The notes: generated from the sequence alone by a model not told the origin. Counted from the first letter of the whole stretch, positions 12,136 to 24,810 are shown. The stretch: 63,545 nucleotides of DNA, filler included, from Octopus bimaculoides (GCF_001194135.2; 4 parts of 4 records of this genome joined end to end with filler, not necessarily neighbours in it), one strand, 5' to 3'. A program made the numbers and translations.

Positions 12136-12670
12136 CTTCAGTAAGATTTGAAATCAGAGAAACAGAACAGCATTTACTGCAAAGCATTTTGTCCAATATT
12201 CAAACAGACTTTGCTAGTTCTCCACCTAAAACTTCAAAATTTGTAACTAGAAAAAAAAGATGAAGAAATAAAAAATTAAGGGGAAAAAAAAATTTGTGAT
12301 GATTCTCACCTGTGAATATATAACGAAATTAGTGAATGAGAGATAAGGGAAGGTGGAGGTAAGGTACCTGGGGAAAGACTATGATATTAAATTCTTGACA
12401 TCTAAGTGTTCTGGGTAATGTGAGAATTCTGGAAATGGTAGCCAAGGAAGGGTTAGAATGGGAAGCACTGAAACACCTTTAGATTTAATTGCAGTTTATA
12501 GACAACAGATGGTAGTTGTAGACAAGATTGTTAAATTAGTGATATACCTAGGATATTTAAAGAGACCCAAAAAGTTTTTATACTGATGAGAGAGGCCAAA
12601 CTCTCTGTTAGTGGTATGATATAGCTTACCTACAATAGCTAACATAGGTCAGACAATGAATGTGAACAGA

Positions 12671-12708
<38 letters not shown>

Positions 12709-12710
12709 CA

Positions 12711-12749
<39 letters not shown>

Positions 12750-13689
12750 TGCTAACATGCTATCATAAATAGTGTTTTTGTTTATATAGAGTAATTATTT
12801 AGTATATTTTTGCTTAGAAGAAAGGAAGTTTATATCACAAAAGATCAAAATGAAGAGGGTAAGTGGCATACAAACACCACACATCTATCTATCTATCTAT
12901 CTATCTATACTAGTTGACGTACCAGGTAATTCCTGGAAAGGCTGGGCTTATCCCTTGGTTCCGTTCTCATAATTGTTTTGCTAATCCAATAACAATACAA
13001 AGTATGTAGCCCTTAACAGACAGAATTTCTCACATATGTAGTAGATATATGCATACACATACACATATATATCCATATATGGTCCAATCCATGGCAGTAT
13101 GGAACATAGATATTAAATGATGATGATGATGATGATGGGAGTTGTTTGTGTGTGTGTGTGTGTACACTATATATATTTTGACATTTAGATTTTGTATTTT
13201 TAAAAAAAATAAATATAGCTTTATGGTTCTGTCTTCTCCTGAAGAAACATTTCTAGAAACCATCCTGGAAAGAGTTAATGCAAACCAAGAAGTGTTCAGA
13301 TACACTTGTGTACACACACACAAACATACGAAACTATATAGGGTGAACTTTTCAAAATAGGGCAAAGAGTTACTGGGATGAGAATATATTATTTCCTTTA
13401 ATTAATGAAGATGACAGGAAGTACCTTAGAGGAGATAACAATGATGAACTCTCCAGCTTGTAGAGGATGACAAGTTGGTCAAGGAAATGTGAAAGGATAA
13501 ATAAATAATGCACAAAACTGAATAAATGAACAGACAGACACTCATATAACATATAGACTGTTCAGGCCAGAACAGAACAATGTATGAAGTAAATGAGCCA
13601 GTTGGCATGAGCTGGCAATTTTGAAGGAACCTTCTTTCCCTGATGGGGACAATGCGGGGCTATTACTTGGTTTTTAATAAATAATTCAT

Positions 13690-14405
13690 TCTAATTCTTC
13701 AAACTGACCAGATCTGGCCTCTCACACTTACCTTACAATGTTATTCTAAAAACATACAATCACATCATTGTGATCTTGAAGCTTTGTGATAATGCATGAT
13801 TAACCCTTTAGCATTCAAACTGGACATATCCAGATGAAATACTCCACATACATTATGTCCAAACTGGCCAGATGTGGCCTCTAACACCAATCCTACAATA
13901 GTATTCAAAACCCTAACTGTTACCTCATCAAAATCTCAAAACTACAAGTTAAAGCATGATAAATTCAAAATAATGTGAATAAATAAGCCTTACATTTTGA
14001 CAGAGTACCACTGCTTGAGTACCGGTGTTGGTGTGTTTATGTCCCCATAACTTAGCAGTGACTGATAAAATAAGTACCAAGCTTAAAATAATATATATAT
14101 ANNNNNNNNNNCCTCTAACACCAATCCTACAATAGTATTCAAAACCCTAACTGTTACCTCATCAAAATCTCAAAACTACAAGTTAAAGCATGATAAATTC
14201 AAAATAATGTGAATGAATAACCGTTGCATTTGGCAGAATAATCTGAATGCTAAAAGGTTAAACTGGCCATATCCAGCACAAATATTGTACCTACTTTATG
14301 TTCAAATTGGCCAGATCTGGCCTCTCACATATACCCTACAATGTCATTCTAAAAACATAAAATTATATAATTGTAATCTTGAAGCTTTGAGATAATGCAT
14401 GATTA
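13690..14405. mobile_element. Cluster of piggyBac-like TTAA MITEs (family E)
   Basis: TTAA-ccctttagcattc at 13800 and gaatgctaaaagg-TTAA at 14258-61, with partial same-orientation copies either side. Another partial copy starts at 3537. Confidence 0.8.
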
Positions 14406-14414
14406 AGTGAAAAT

Positions 14415-14560
14415 AATCCTTTCTACTATAGGCACAAAGCCTGAAATTTGGGGGAGGGGGATAGCTGATTACATCAATCCCCAGTGTGTAACTGGTACTT
14501 AATTTATTGACCCCGAAAGGATGAAAGGCAAAATCAATCCCAATGTCATTTGAACTAACA
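14415..14560 (-). mobile_element. SINE family B 3' half
   Basis: aataatcctttctactataggcacaaagcctgaaatttggggga...gattacatcaatccccagtgtgtaactggtactt. Confidence 0.8.
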
Positions 14561-14629
14561 ATGCAATAGCAGATTGTGACCAGCGATGTGTAACAATATC
14601 TGATAGCCTGGTCAGACACGTGATATATA

Positions 14630-14985
14630 TATGGCACCTGTGCCCAGCGTCGCCTTTCTGGCACTTATGCCCGTGGCATGTGTAAGGACTTTCGAGCGAG
14701 ATCATTGCCAGTGCCCCTGGACTGGTTCTTGTGCGGGTGGCACATAAAATACACCATTTTGAGCGTGGCCGTTGCCAGTACCGCCCGACTGGCCTTTGTG
14801 CCGGTGGCACGTAAAAGCACCCACTACACTCTCTGAGTGGTTGGCGTTAGGAAGGGCATCCAGCTGTAGAAACTCTGCCAAATCAGATTGGAGCCTGGTG
14901 TAGCCATCTGGTTTCACCAGTCCTCAGTCAAATCATCCAACCCATGCTAGTATGGAAAGCGGACGTTAAACGATGATGATGATAT
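14630..14985 (+). mobile_element. Young SINE family C copy
   Basis: ggcacctgtgcccagcgtcgcc...aacccatgctagtatggaaagcggacgttaaacgatgatgatgat. Confidence 0.9.
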
Positions 14986-15269
14986 ATNNNNNNNNNNNNN
15001 NNNNNNNNNNNNNNNNNNNNNNNNNNNNNNNNNNNNNNNNNNNNNNNNNNNNNNNNNNNNNNNNNNNNNNNNNNNNNNNNNNNNNNNNNNNNNNNNNNNN
15101 NNNNNNNNNNNNNNNNNNNNNNNNNNNNNNNNNNNNNNNNNNNNNNNNNNNNNNNNNNNNNNNNNNNNNNNNNNNNNNNNNNNNNNNNNNNNNNNNNNNN
15201 NNNNNNNNNNNNNNNNNNNNNNNNNNNNNNNNNNNNNNNNNNNNNNNNAACATAGAGGAGACAAACAAG

Positions 15270-15420
15270 GACAGACAAAGGGATTAAGTTGATTACAATG
15301 ACCTCAGTGTGTAACTGGTACTTAATTTATCGACCCCGAAAGGATGAAAGGCAAAGTCGACCTCGGCAGAATTTGAACTCAGAACATAAAGACAGACGAA
15401 ATACCGCTAAGCATTTCGCT
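15270..15420 (-). mobile_element. SINE family B
   Basis: ttatcgaccccgaaaggatgaaaggcaaagtcgacctcggcagaatttgaactcagaac...ataccgctaagcatttcg. Confidence 0.85.
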
Positions 15421-15529
15421 TAGGACAGAAACTAAAAGAAACCTGTTGTGTATATACATATGTATATATAGCATCCTTGGCTTTATTTCGTATCCAAGAA
15501 TTTAGTTTCTTCTTTGCTGATCTCTTCCT

Positions 15530-15920
15530 TTATATGGAGATAGCACTGATGACCAAGTAGACCAATTCTTGCACAGAACAGCTGATGGCACTGACTGCAT
15601 GGTAACGCTGGTGGAAGAATTTGGCTGATTTTGTAGAACCTTTCTCTCATGTCATTTGATTTCTTTTGTCTTCTGGTGGCTTTGAAGTTTCTAATTCCGA
15701 TGGTGATCGATCACCACCATTTGGCATGGTCTCAGGCTGGTGTTTCAAACAATTTAGGTTCAATTCCAGTGGCTTTCAGTGTTTGATTTGAGTTGATCCT
15801 TGTATCTTCAAAGAGGGCAAAACCATGGTCTTTTCCCTGAAGTGAGCTCACTGTATAAGACTTGACACGAGAACCATGATTCTTCCACTCTTACTAAATG
15901 ACCTGACCATCAAACAGGTC
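15530..15920 (-). mobile_element. RTE/BovB-like LINE 3' fragment, frameshifted
   Basis: Minus translation WSGHLVRVEESWFSCQVLYSELTSGKRPWFCPL*RYKDQLKS / LKATGIEPKLFETPA*DHAKWW... / PCSQCHQLFCARIGLLGHQ. This matches the LYGELxxGKR...RYKD segment and the terminal CxxC...RIGLxSH zinc-knuckle-like motif of RTE ORFs. Confidence 0.9.
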
Positions 15921-16228
15921 ATATATAAACATTGCAAATATACACACACACACACACACACACACACTATAGATATATATGTATATATGCTAATAGTCTG
16001 GAAAATCATAAGCTCCATACACGCACCAGTGGCTTAGCAGATAAAGAGACTACCGTAGTCTTTCTAGTTCCACAATCCAGTATGGGATTACGTAGACATT
16101 AGCTAAGAATAAGACACCTGATGATAATCGGATAACAAACTTCGTTTAACTATAAATGTTCTGTGAATACATAACAGATGAGGTTAAATAAAAGTCTGTG
16201 AAAATATCTTTGTACATGTGCCAGTGTA

Positions 16229-16260
<32 letters not shown>

Positions 16261-17042
16261 ACACACACACACATATACATACATACATACATAGAGAGAG
16301 AGAGAGATATACAAACACACACACANNNNNNNNNNNNNNNNNNNNNNNNNNNNNNNNNNNNNNNNNNNNNNNNNNNNNNNNNNNNNNNNNNNNNNNNNNN
16401 NNNNNNNNNNNNNNNNNNNNNNNNNNNNNNNNNNNNNNNNNNNNNNNNNNNNNNNNNNNNNNNNNNNNNNNNNNNNNNNNNNNNNNNNNNNNNNNNNNNN
16501 NNNNNNNNNNNNNNNNNNNNNNNNNNNNNNNNNNNNNNNNNNNNNNNNNNNNNNNNNNNNNNNNNNNNNNNNNNNNNNNNNNNNNNNNNNNNNNNNNNNN
16601 NNNNNNNNNNNNNNNNNNNNNNNNNNNNNNNNNNNNNNNNNNNNNNNNNNNNNNNNNNNNNNNNNNNNNNNNNNNNNNNNNNNNNNNNNNNNNNNNNNNN
16701 NNNNNNNNNNNNNNNNNNNNNNNNNNNNNNNNNNNNNNNNNNNNNNNNNNNNNNNNNNNNNNNNNNNNNNNNNNNNNNNNNNNNNNNNNNNNNNNNNNNN
16801 NNNNNNNNNNNNNNNNNNNNNNNNNNNNNNNNNNNNNNNNNNNNNNNNNNNNNNNNNNNNNNNNNNNNNNNNNNNNNNNNNNNNNNNNNNNNNNNNNNNN
16901 NNNNNNNNNNNNNNNNNNNNNNNNNNNNNNNNNNNNNNNNNNNNNNNNNNNNNNNNNNNNNNNNNNNNNNNNNNNNNNNNNNNNNNNNNNNNNNNNNNNN
17001 NNNNNNNNNNNNNNNNNNNNNNNNNNNNNNNNNNNNNNNNNN

Positions 17043-17105
<63 letters not shown>

Positions 17106-17324
17106 TATATGCACACAAACCTACACACATTCATATTTATACATACATATAATGGTTTGTGAGCATTTCACAAGAATATGGGAGCAAGGGAGAAGAAGTA
17201 AAGGACAAGGGATTGAGAGAATAAGTACCACACTTGAAATGAAGAAAGAGTACTGGGGTTGGCTGATTCAATGTGCTGCCCCAACTTGGCAGCAGTCTAA
17301 TTACTGAAAGAAGATAAAAGATGA

Positions 17325-17489
17325 GCATAGCTATGTGGTAAGAAGTTTGCTTTCCAACCACATGGTTGCAGGTTCAGTCCCGCTGCACGGCACCTTGGGT
17401 AAATATCTTCTACAATAGCCTTGGGCTGACCAAAGCCTTGTGAGTGGATTCGGTAGATGGAAACTGAAAGAAGACCAATGTATGTGTAT

Positions 17490-17530
<41 letters not shown>

Positions 17531-17670
17531 CATACACACACATACACACGCATATGTATGTATGTGTGTGTGTGTGTGTGTATCTTTGTGTCTGTGTTTG
17601 TCCTTCCCTCTACCACTGCTTGAGCACCAGTGTTGGTGTGTTTATGTCACCATAACTTAGCATTTTGGCA
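17325..17670 (+). mobile_element. SINE family A
   Basis: gcatagctatgtggtaagaagtttgct...ggttcagtcccgctg...gatggaaactgaaagaag, microsatellite, then tgttggtgtgtttatgtcaccataacttagc. Confidence 0.85.
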
Positions 17671-18197
17671 NNNNNNNNNNCGATGGACAGATGGACGCAC
17701 AGACAGACATGACTTTAAAAAAATTTTTTTAAATAGAAAAATAAAAAAACTTATAAAATATAAAGTCTTCAATAGATGAAAATATATTAAAAAAATGGAA
17801 ATAATTTTGTTTTTTTCTTCTTTTAGATTTGTTTTTGAGAAACACTGGTTTTTGAAGAAAATTTCTTTTGGAAAAGTCAAGAACGTGTTCCTTGTGGCAA
17901 AACTCCAGGGTTTTAAATGGTGGAATTAGGGACCAAAATAGTGAAGTACAATCAACAGATTAGTAGAAAAGAGGAGAGAGTATATATAGGAAATGTGGTA
18001 GTTGTGGTGGTCGTGGTTGTATTGGTTGTATTGTATTGTAGTGGTTATGGTAGTTGTGATTGTAGTGGTGGTAGTTGTTGTTGCTGTTGTAGTGGTGGTG
18101 ATGTGGTAGTAGTAGTGATGTTATTAGTAGTGGTGGTAGAGGTGATAGTAGTAGTGGTGCAGGTGGTGGTGGTGGCAGCGCCAGCGGCTGTGGTGTC

Positions 18198-18241
<44 letters not shown>

Positions 18242-18291
18242 GCTTGGTGCCAAAAGGTAGTCGGGACAAACTTTTCTATAGTCTGCCAGCC

Positions 18292-18328
<37 letters not shown>

Positions 18329-18397
18329 ACAATAGGATTTATGATGACATAACAACGTGGATAGGGAAGAGGGTGGCGAGGGTGTTTGTGTGTGGGA

Positions 18398-18497
18398 NNN
18401 NNNNNNNNNNNNNNNNNNNNNNNNNNNNNNNNNNNNNNNNNTTAATTAATTAANNNNNNNNNNNNNNNNNNNNNNNNNNNNNNNNNNNNNNNNNNNN
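18398..18497. other. Artificial scaffold-join spacer N44-TTAATTAATTAA-N44
   Basis: Exactly 100 bp, repeated identically at 35802-35901 and 61854-61953. The 12-mer has stops in all six frames. Confidence 0.95.
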
Positions 18498-18854
18498 ATA
18501 TATATATATATATCCATAAAATTTTAACCATCGGACATACTTGTGTTATTTTTCCCCACAGGAATGTTCATTGACCGCTGCTTTCCAACTGCTGCCATTT
18601 GCACGGCTAAAAACAGATTACAAACGTTGGGGGTATACATGAGGATATAGACTAAGTTTAATGGAAGATATGCAGTCCACCTTAACTTTAGACAAGATCA
18701 TCCGTTAGATTACTGTAGAAACCATTCTTGTGTAGTAGTTGTAGAAGCAGGAGCCATAGCAGCAACTGCTATAGTTTTCAGACTCTTCACTTTCAGAATA
18801 CAACACAGATGTCTGTAAGTGAAATTATTATTATCATTATTATTATTATTATTA

Positions 18855-19090
18855 GTGGGGCGATGAGCTGGCCGAATCGTTAGAGCTGTTGGAGAAAACA
18901 CTTTGCTGTATTTCTTTCAGCACTTCATGTTCTAAGCTCAAATACTGCCAAGGTCAACTTTGCCTTTCGTCCTCTCAGGGTCGATAAAACAAAGTACAAG
19001 TCAAATATTGGAGTCAATGCACTTGACTGACCACCCCCACACTCTTTAAAATTGCTGGTCTTGTGCCAAAATTTGAAACGATTATTATTT
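18855..19090 (+). mobile_element. SINE family B preceded by (ATT)n
   Basis: gcgatgagctggccgaatcgttagagc...aaggtcaactttgcctttcgtcc...gtgccaaaatttgaaacgattattatt. Confidence 0.85.
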
Positions 19091-19444
19091 CTTGTTCAGA
19101 TCTTTTCTTTGCAATGGTACCTCTTCAAGCAGGAAATAATTAGAATTTTGCCTAACGAGATGGCATTAAGGAGTTAGTCAAGCGAAGCTTGAAGTTAGCG
19201 CTGTCTCTGGCTCAAGGAAACCCATCTAGGTTTACTTCCTTGAACGAAGAGGGCCAACATTGAGCTTTAATGTGACACGGTTAAATGATGCACATGGAAC
19301 TTGCCTGGAAGGTTTTGTGAACGATATGGGGGTGGGGTGGGGTGGATCATGTGGCTTGGTAAGCCATTGCGTTTAGGTATTAAATGATTATCGTTGACCT
19401 TAATCAACTTTCAGATGGAAACTACATGAATCACACTTACACGT

Positions 19445-19810
19445 GATTTTGTGGTGGTGAGCTGACAGATTTATTAGCATGCTGGACAAAATGCTTAGCA
19501 GTATTTCTTCCTGCTCTTTACATTCTGAGTTCAAATGCTACTGAGGTCAACTTTGGCCTTTCAGGATCAATAAAGTGCTAATCAAGTATGGAGTCAAAGT
19601 AATCAACTTTCCCCTCCCCTCAAAATTGCTGGCTTTTGGGCCAAAATCAGAACAAATTACCGAGAAGGCAAACTAACAGAAATGTTGAGAGTTGAACGAA
19701 ATGCTATGCAGTGTTTCTTCTAGATCTTTACAGTCTGGTTTCTAACCTCTGTTGAGGTCAAGTTTGAATCAGCCTTCCAGGGTCAATGATTAAAAGTACC
19801 TGTACAAGTA
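19445..19810 (+). mobile_element. Two decayed tandem SINE family B units
   Basis: ggtggtgagctgacagatttattagc...gaggtcaact... and a second unit ...gaggtcaagtttgaatcagccttccagggtcaatg...aagtacc. Confidence 0.65.
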
Positions 19811-20505
19811 TCAGTTCTTCTCTCTCTTACTTTCTTTTTCTCTTTCTCTCCTGGAAGAAACAGACTATGGTCTGATCTGAAGTGAGAGAGACTCCACCAG
19901 GTCCAAAAAATATGCTCAAGACACACCATATGTCATGATGGCACGTCTAAAAAATTCCCCATCAAAGAGCTAAGGGCTTATGTCACAGCACAGTATGTTA
20001 TATTTGCTGTAGTATTAGCTAAGATTAGCTTTTGGCTTAAAAGAGGCCATTAATAGATTTTCTGCAAGATCATGCAAAATAACAAATGGAAAAGATCAGT
20101 TTGTGTACTTTGTTATATAGATGTAGAACACAATACTTTCATGTTGGTGTAGGACCATTTGGGACTGTATGGCAGGAAGAGGTTTAGCGTTATGCTTGTT
20201 TCTTTATTTTGAGTTCCAATTCTACACCATTAAACAGGAAATTTTCATTTTTTAGAAAGTCTCAAAACCGAGTCTGATAAAAAAACACAAACAAGAATGG
20301 TTTTTAAACTCCCATCTGTACACCCCTTACATTTGTTAAAATGAAGTTGCATTGTCAGGATGTTTTTCGTATATTGTTCGTGTTTGCGTTTTTAGCCAAG
20401 CCATCTTAGGTAGCAGAAGGAAAAAGGTCGGGAATGAACTGAAATTGCATAATTTCATCTCTGCGGTTGCCATTGGACAAAACACAGAAAAACTACTTTC
20501 AATCC

Positions 20506-20576
<71 letters not shown>

Positions 20577-20936
20577 CTATATATATATATCAGTAAATGT
20601 ATATGTGTATGTATATAATATGTATAGTGTCTTCCTGTTTGGTTGAATTTAGGTGATAAATGATTAACTTTTTCAACTTGAATGACTGAATCAATACTAT
20701 AAAAGAAATATTAACCACACATTTGTCTATAATAATAATGATATTAATTATTATAATAATAAAGATTGTACAGTTGTCTGCAATATTATTTAACTGTACA
20801 GTGTAAAGTTCATTATATTGTTTTCTGCGAATGAAAATACTTTCATAGTTGGATTAAAATTTGTTGTTTTAATTTATATAAATATAAATAAATGTGTGTG
20901 TGTGTATATATATATTATGTATACTTGGGATATATA

Positions 20937-21066
20937 CAGGAGTGGACAAAAGTAGGTATACAGTTTCTTAATATGAGTGGAATGTTCTTTTCATTTCTCA
21001 AATTTTTTTTTTAAGATAAGAACTCTGGTTATTAAAAAGCTGTGTACCTACTTTCTCCCTCCCCTA
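20937..21066. mobile_element. Tc1/mariner-type MITE, 130 bp, TA TSD
   Basis: TA-caggagtggacaaaagtaggtatacagttt versus the reverse complement of the right end, TA-taggggagggagaaagtaggtacacagctt. Confidence 0.7.
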
Positions 21067-21629
21067 TATATATTCTGTGTATTTGAGATATATATATATA
21101 TATAAAATTATGTGTATTTTATTCTGAAAAATGTCTTTGACTACCAACTTTGTGATGTTTAGTAATTATCAGGTGAGTGGATTCTTTTTCGTTATTTCTG
21201 CATTGGATAATAACATACTAAAATAGTTTATTATATATAAATATAAATGAATATATATATATACAACTGTTAAAAAAATAATCAAAAAAACAACCTCTAA
21301 AAAACACTAACAAAAAAAATAATAAATAATAATAATACAAAGAGCATGTTGAATAATCTATCTATCTAAAAAGAAAAATTAACAAAAAATTAATCTCGTT
21401 TTGTGTATAAATGTGACTTCTAGGTGAACAAATGTCACTTATAAAGGCTTTAATGGGAAAGCTATGGGTTACTGCTAACTCTCTCTTCCTCCCCAACACA
21501 CACCTCTCACCCACCACCATCTGCCCCTATCCCCATGTCCCTCTCTCCTCTAAAAAAAATAAATTGAATTCTCTGGCTCAGAAACTGTCAGACAGCCCAA
21601 TACTGTTGCTTTTAAAAAAAACCCCAGCA

Positions 21630-21688
<59 letters not shown>

Positions 21689-21913
21689 CTGTTTAGTGTT
21701 GACTGTTGGAAACAAGAGTATACAGTACCATAGTAGATATTGATAATATAATATATTCTATTTTGGTTGAATCAGCCTCTTGCTACTCTGAGTTTCACTT
21801 GGGGGGTGCACAGGATCTTCAGGCAAGTTATGACTATATGTACATGTGTATATATATATATATATCATCATCATCGTCGTTTAACGTCCGCTTAAACGAC
21901 GATGATGGTGATG

Positions 21914-21958
<45 letters not shown>

Positions 21959-22240
21959 TTCACATATGTATATATGTGTGTGTGTGTGTGTGTGTATACA
22001 TATATATGCATGTATATGTGTTGAATCCATAATTATGAGTCCAACAAAATATATTTTGCTTCTCACAGACCCAATGGTGAAACAGGACATATTTTGTTCT
22101 ACTCACTGTTATGGATTAAAGGTACCAATACTCGAGCTTTTGATTTTTGAATTCTTATTTTCTAAGTGGACTTGACCCTGTTCCTATGACCTTGTCACTC
22201 CTCCAGGACTGTAACATACACACAAACATATATATGTATG

Positions 22241-22277
<37 letters not shown>

Positions 22278-23394
22278 ATACACACACACACGCTAGCCTT
22301 TTTTCATAAAATTAAACCAATAATTTCTTTCATGTATTATAAATACTGGTGGTGGTTTTGGGTGAAAATATTGTAATATTGTACAAAAAAAGAAAACTGG
22401 CGACGCTTCCCTTCTTCCCCTCACCCCAACCCCACACCCACATCATTTTGCTAGTACAGTTTTATACTTTATTGTCAGANNNNNNNNNNNNNNNNNNNNN
22501 NNNNNNNNNNNNNNNNNNNNNNNNNNNNNNNNNNNNNNNNNNNNNNNNNNNNNNNNNNNNNNNNNNNNNNNNNNNNNNNNNNNNNNNNNNNNNNNNNNNN
22601 NNNNNNNNNNNNNNNNNNNNNNNNNNNNNNNNNNNNNNNNNNNNNNNNNNNNNNNNNNNNNNNNNNNNNNNNNNNNNNNNNNNNNNNNNNNNNNNNNNNN
22701 NNNNNNNNNNNNNNNNNNNNNNNNNNNNNNNNNNNNNNNNNNNNNNNNNNNNNNNNNNNNNNNNNNNNNNNNNNNNNNNNNNNNNNNNNNNNNNNNNNNN
22801 NNNNNNNNNNNNNNNNNNNNNNNNNNNNNNNNNNNNNNNNNNNNNNNNNNNNNNNNNNNNNNNNNNNNNNNNNNNNNNNNNNNNNNNNNNNNNNNNNNNN
22901 NNNNNNNNNNNNNNNNNNNNNNNNNNNNNNNNNNNNNNNNNNNNNNNNNNNNNNNNNNNNNNNNNNNNNNNNNNNNNNNNNNNNNNNNNNNNNNNNNNNN
23001 NNNNNNNNNNNNNNNNNNNNNNNNNNNNNNNNNNNNNNNNNNNNNNNNNNNNNNNNNNNNNNNNNNNNNNNNNNNNNNNNNNNNNNNNNNNNNNNNNNNN
23101 NNNNNNNNNNNNNNNNNNNNNNNNNNNNNNNNNNNNNNNNNNNNNNNNNNNNNNNNNNNNNNNNNNNNNNNNNNNNNNNNNNNNNNNNNNNNNNNNNNNN
23201 NNNNNNNNNNNNNNNNNNNNNNNNNNNNNNNNNNNNNNNNNNNNNNNNNNNNNNNNNNNNNNNNNNNNNNNNNNNNNNNNNNNNNNNNNNNNNNNNNNNN
23301 NNNNNNNNNNNNNNNNNNNNNNNNNNNNNNNNNNNNNNNNNNNNNNNNNNNTATATATATATATATATATGAAATGTTTTGATCAAGAACACAA

Positions 23395-23660
23395 TATGCT
23401 GCTTGGGCCAGGAATTGAACCCATGGTGTAGTAACCATGAGCACAACACCCTAACCACTAGGTCACGTTCTTTCGCTTTGCTCCAGTCCACTCAGCTATG
23501 AATGGGTAACCTTGCAACGCACTAACCTTCCGAGCAGGGGCAACGTTGACCTGCTCACCTTGCCAGTGGAGTGGCATCGTCCAAAAGCTAAAAGACAATG
23601 CAAAGCGCATTGTGACCAGCGATGTATATAACAGCATCCAACAGTCTAGTCGATATAATT
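23395..23660. mobile_element. SINE (V-SINE-like family): inverted head plus body
   Basis: Minus tRNA-like head ggaattgaacccatgg...accctaaccacta, then plus body ctccagtccactcagctatgaatgggtaacc...gcaaagcgcattgtgaccagcgatgt. The same tail occurs at 14570 and 33850. Confidence 0.65.
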
Positions 23661-24039
23661 TGAGTTCAGTATAGTATATTATGTGTATTTTTGTACATCT
23701 GTGTATATATATTCATTCACAAATACATGCACATAAATATATGTGTATTTGTGTGTATACACGCATTTAAAATATATATTAATATGAATATATATATATA
23801 TATATACTGCCTAATATATGCCAAGTATAATGTTAACCTAGCTGTTCAGGTTATATAACTAACTCAGCATCCTATTTTGTCTTTTTCTTATTTTTGTTTA
23901 TTGATGTATTTACAGTTCGCAGCCCTGCTGAAGAATGGCTCAGACACACATACACTCACCTGTACATCTAGGCACACAGACTTACTGTCATTCTTTTCCT
24001 GGCCATCAAATCTCATTTTAGAATGCATACATATGTATG

Positions 24040-24810
24040 TATTGTATGTTTGTGCATCATTAAGCTGGTGTCTCGAACATAAATTAACATGAAATTCTGA
24101 TGGGAAAATTCTAATTTAGATCACTTTATGGCAACGAGTTTGTATGATAGAAGCAGGAGTAGTTTCAGATGGGTTGGTATCAAAGGGGTTAAAATGCTCC
24201 CAAGCTTGCAGGGAACCAGAAGGACTGGTTCAAATGTTTGCTATTCTATAAGAAAGCAAAGAAGGTTCCACTTATCAACTCTGACTTAACTCTTGTTACC
24301 ATATTTCTCTTGAAAAACACTGCTTAATTTTCAATTAATATTTCGAAAATAATGAAGAACTTAGTAAAATATCATTTGTGATTATCAATCTGGTGTTTGG
24401 AAGATAAAGTAAGATGAAATTTTGATAAAAGGCTTTAATTTAGATCATTTTAAACAGAAACTTTTGTATTCCAGAACCAGGAGTTGTCTCAGACAAGTTG
24501 GCATCAAAGGGGTTAAACCAATAGATGTAAATTGGAAATAGAACTGAGATAAGTATTATCATTGCTGCTTATTTCCAGGACAGGGCTAAGTCTTTTGCTA
24601 GCATTATATATCGATTGAAATACATTGACTTTGCTTGAATTGATTTTGAAAATAATGAAAAATTTAGCAAAATAATTTGGTGATTGTTAATCTGAGGGTG
24701 AGAACATAAAATAACATCAAAGTCCAATGGAAGGTTTTAATTTAGATCACTTTAAAACTAGAAGTTTGTATCATAGGATGGTAGGGTTAAGTGGATTGAC
24801 ATCAGAAGGG
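24040..24810. mobile_element. Three same-orientation family D TTAA MITE copies
   Basis: Ends aaagggg-TTAA at 24189, 24513 and gaaggg-TTAA at 24811. The middle copy 24290-24512 has TTAA on both sides. Confidence 0.8.

Noticed and set aside
13878-14214. Exact 103-bp direct repeat (13878-13980 = 14112-14214)
   Set aside because: Same signature: the copy begins right after a 10-N gap.
17325-17400. tRNA genes
   Set aside because: All A/B-box-like segments are SINE heads; no complete cloverleaf was found.
18442-18453. TTAATTAATTAA palindrome seen three times
   Set aside because: It is always centred in N44/N44, so it is an assembly linker rather than biology.
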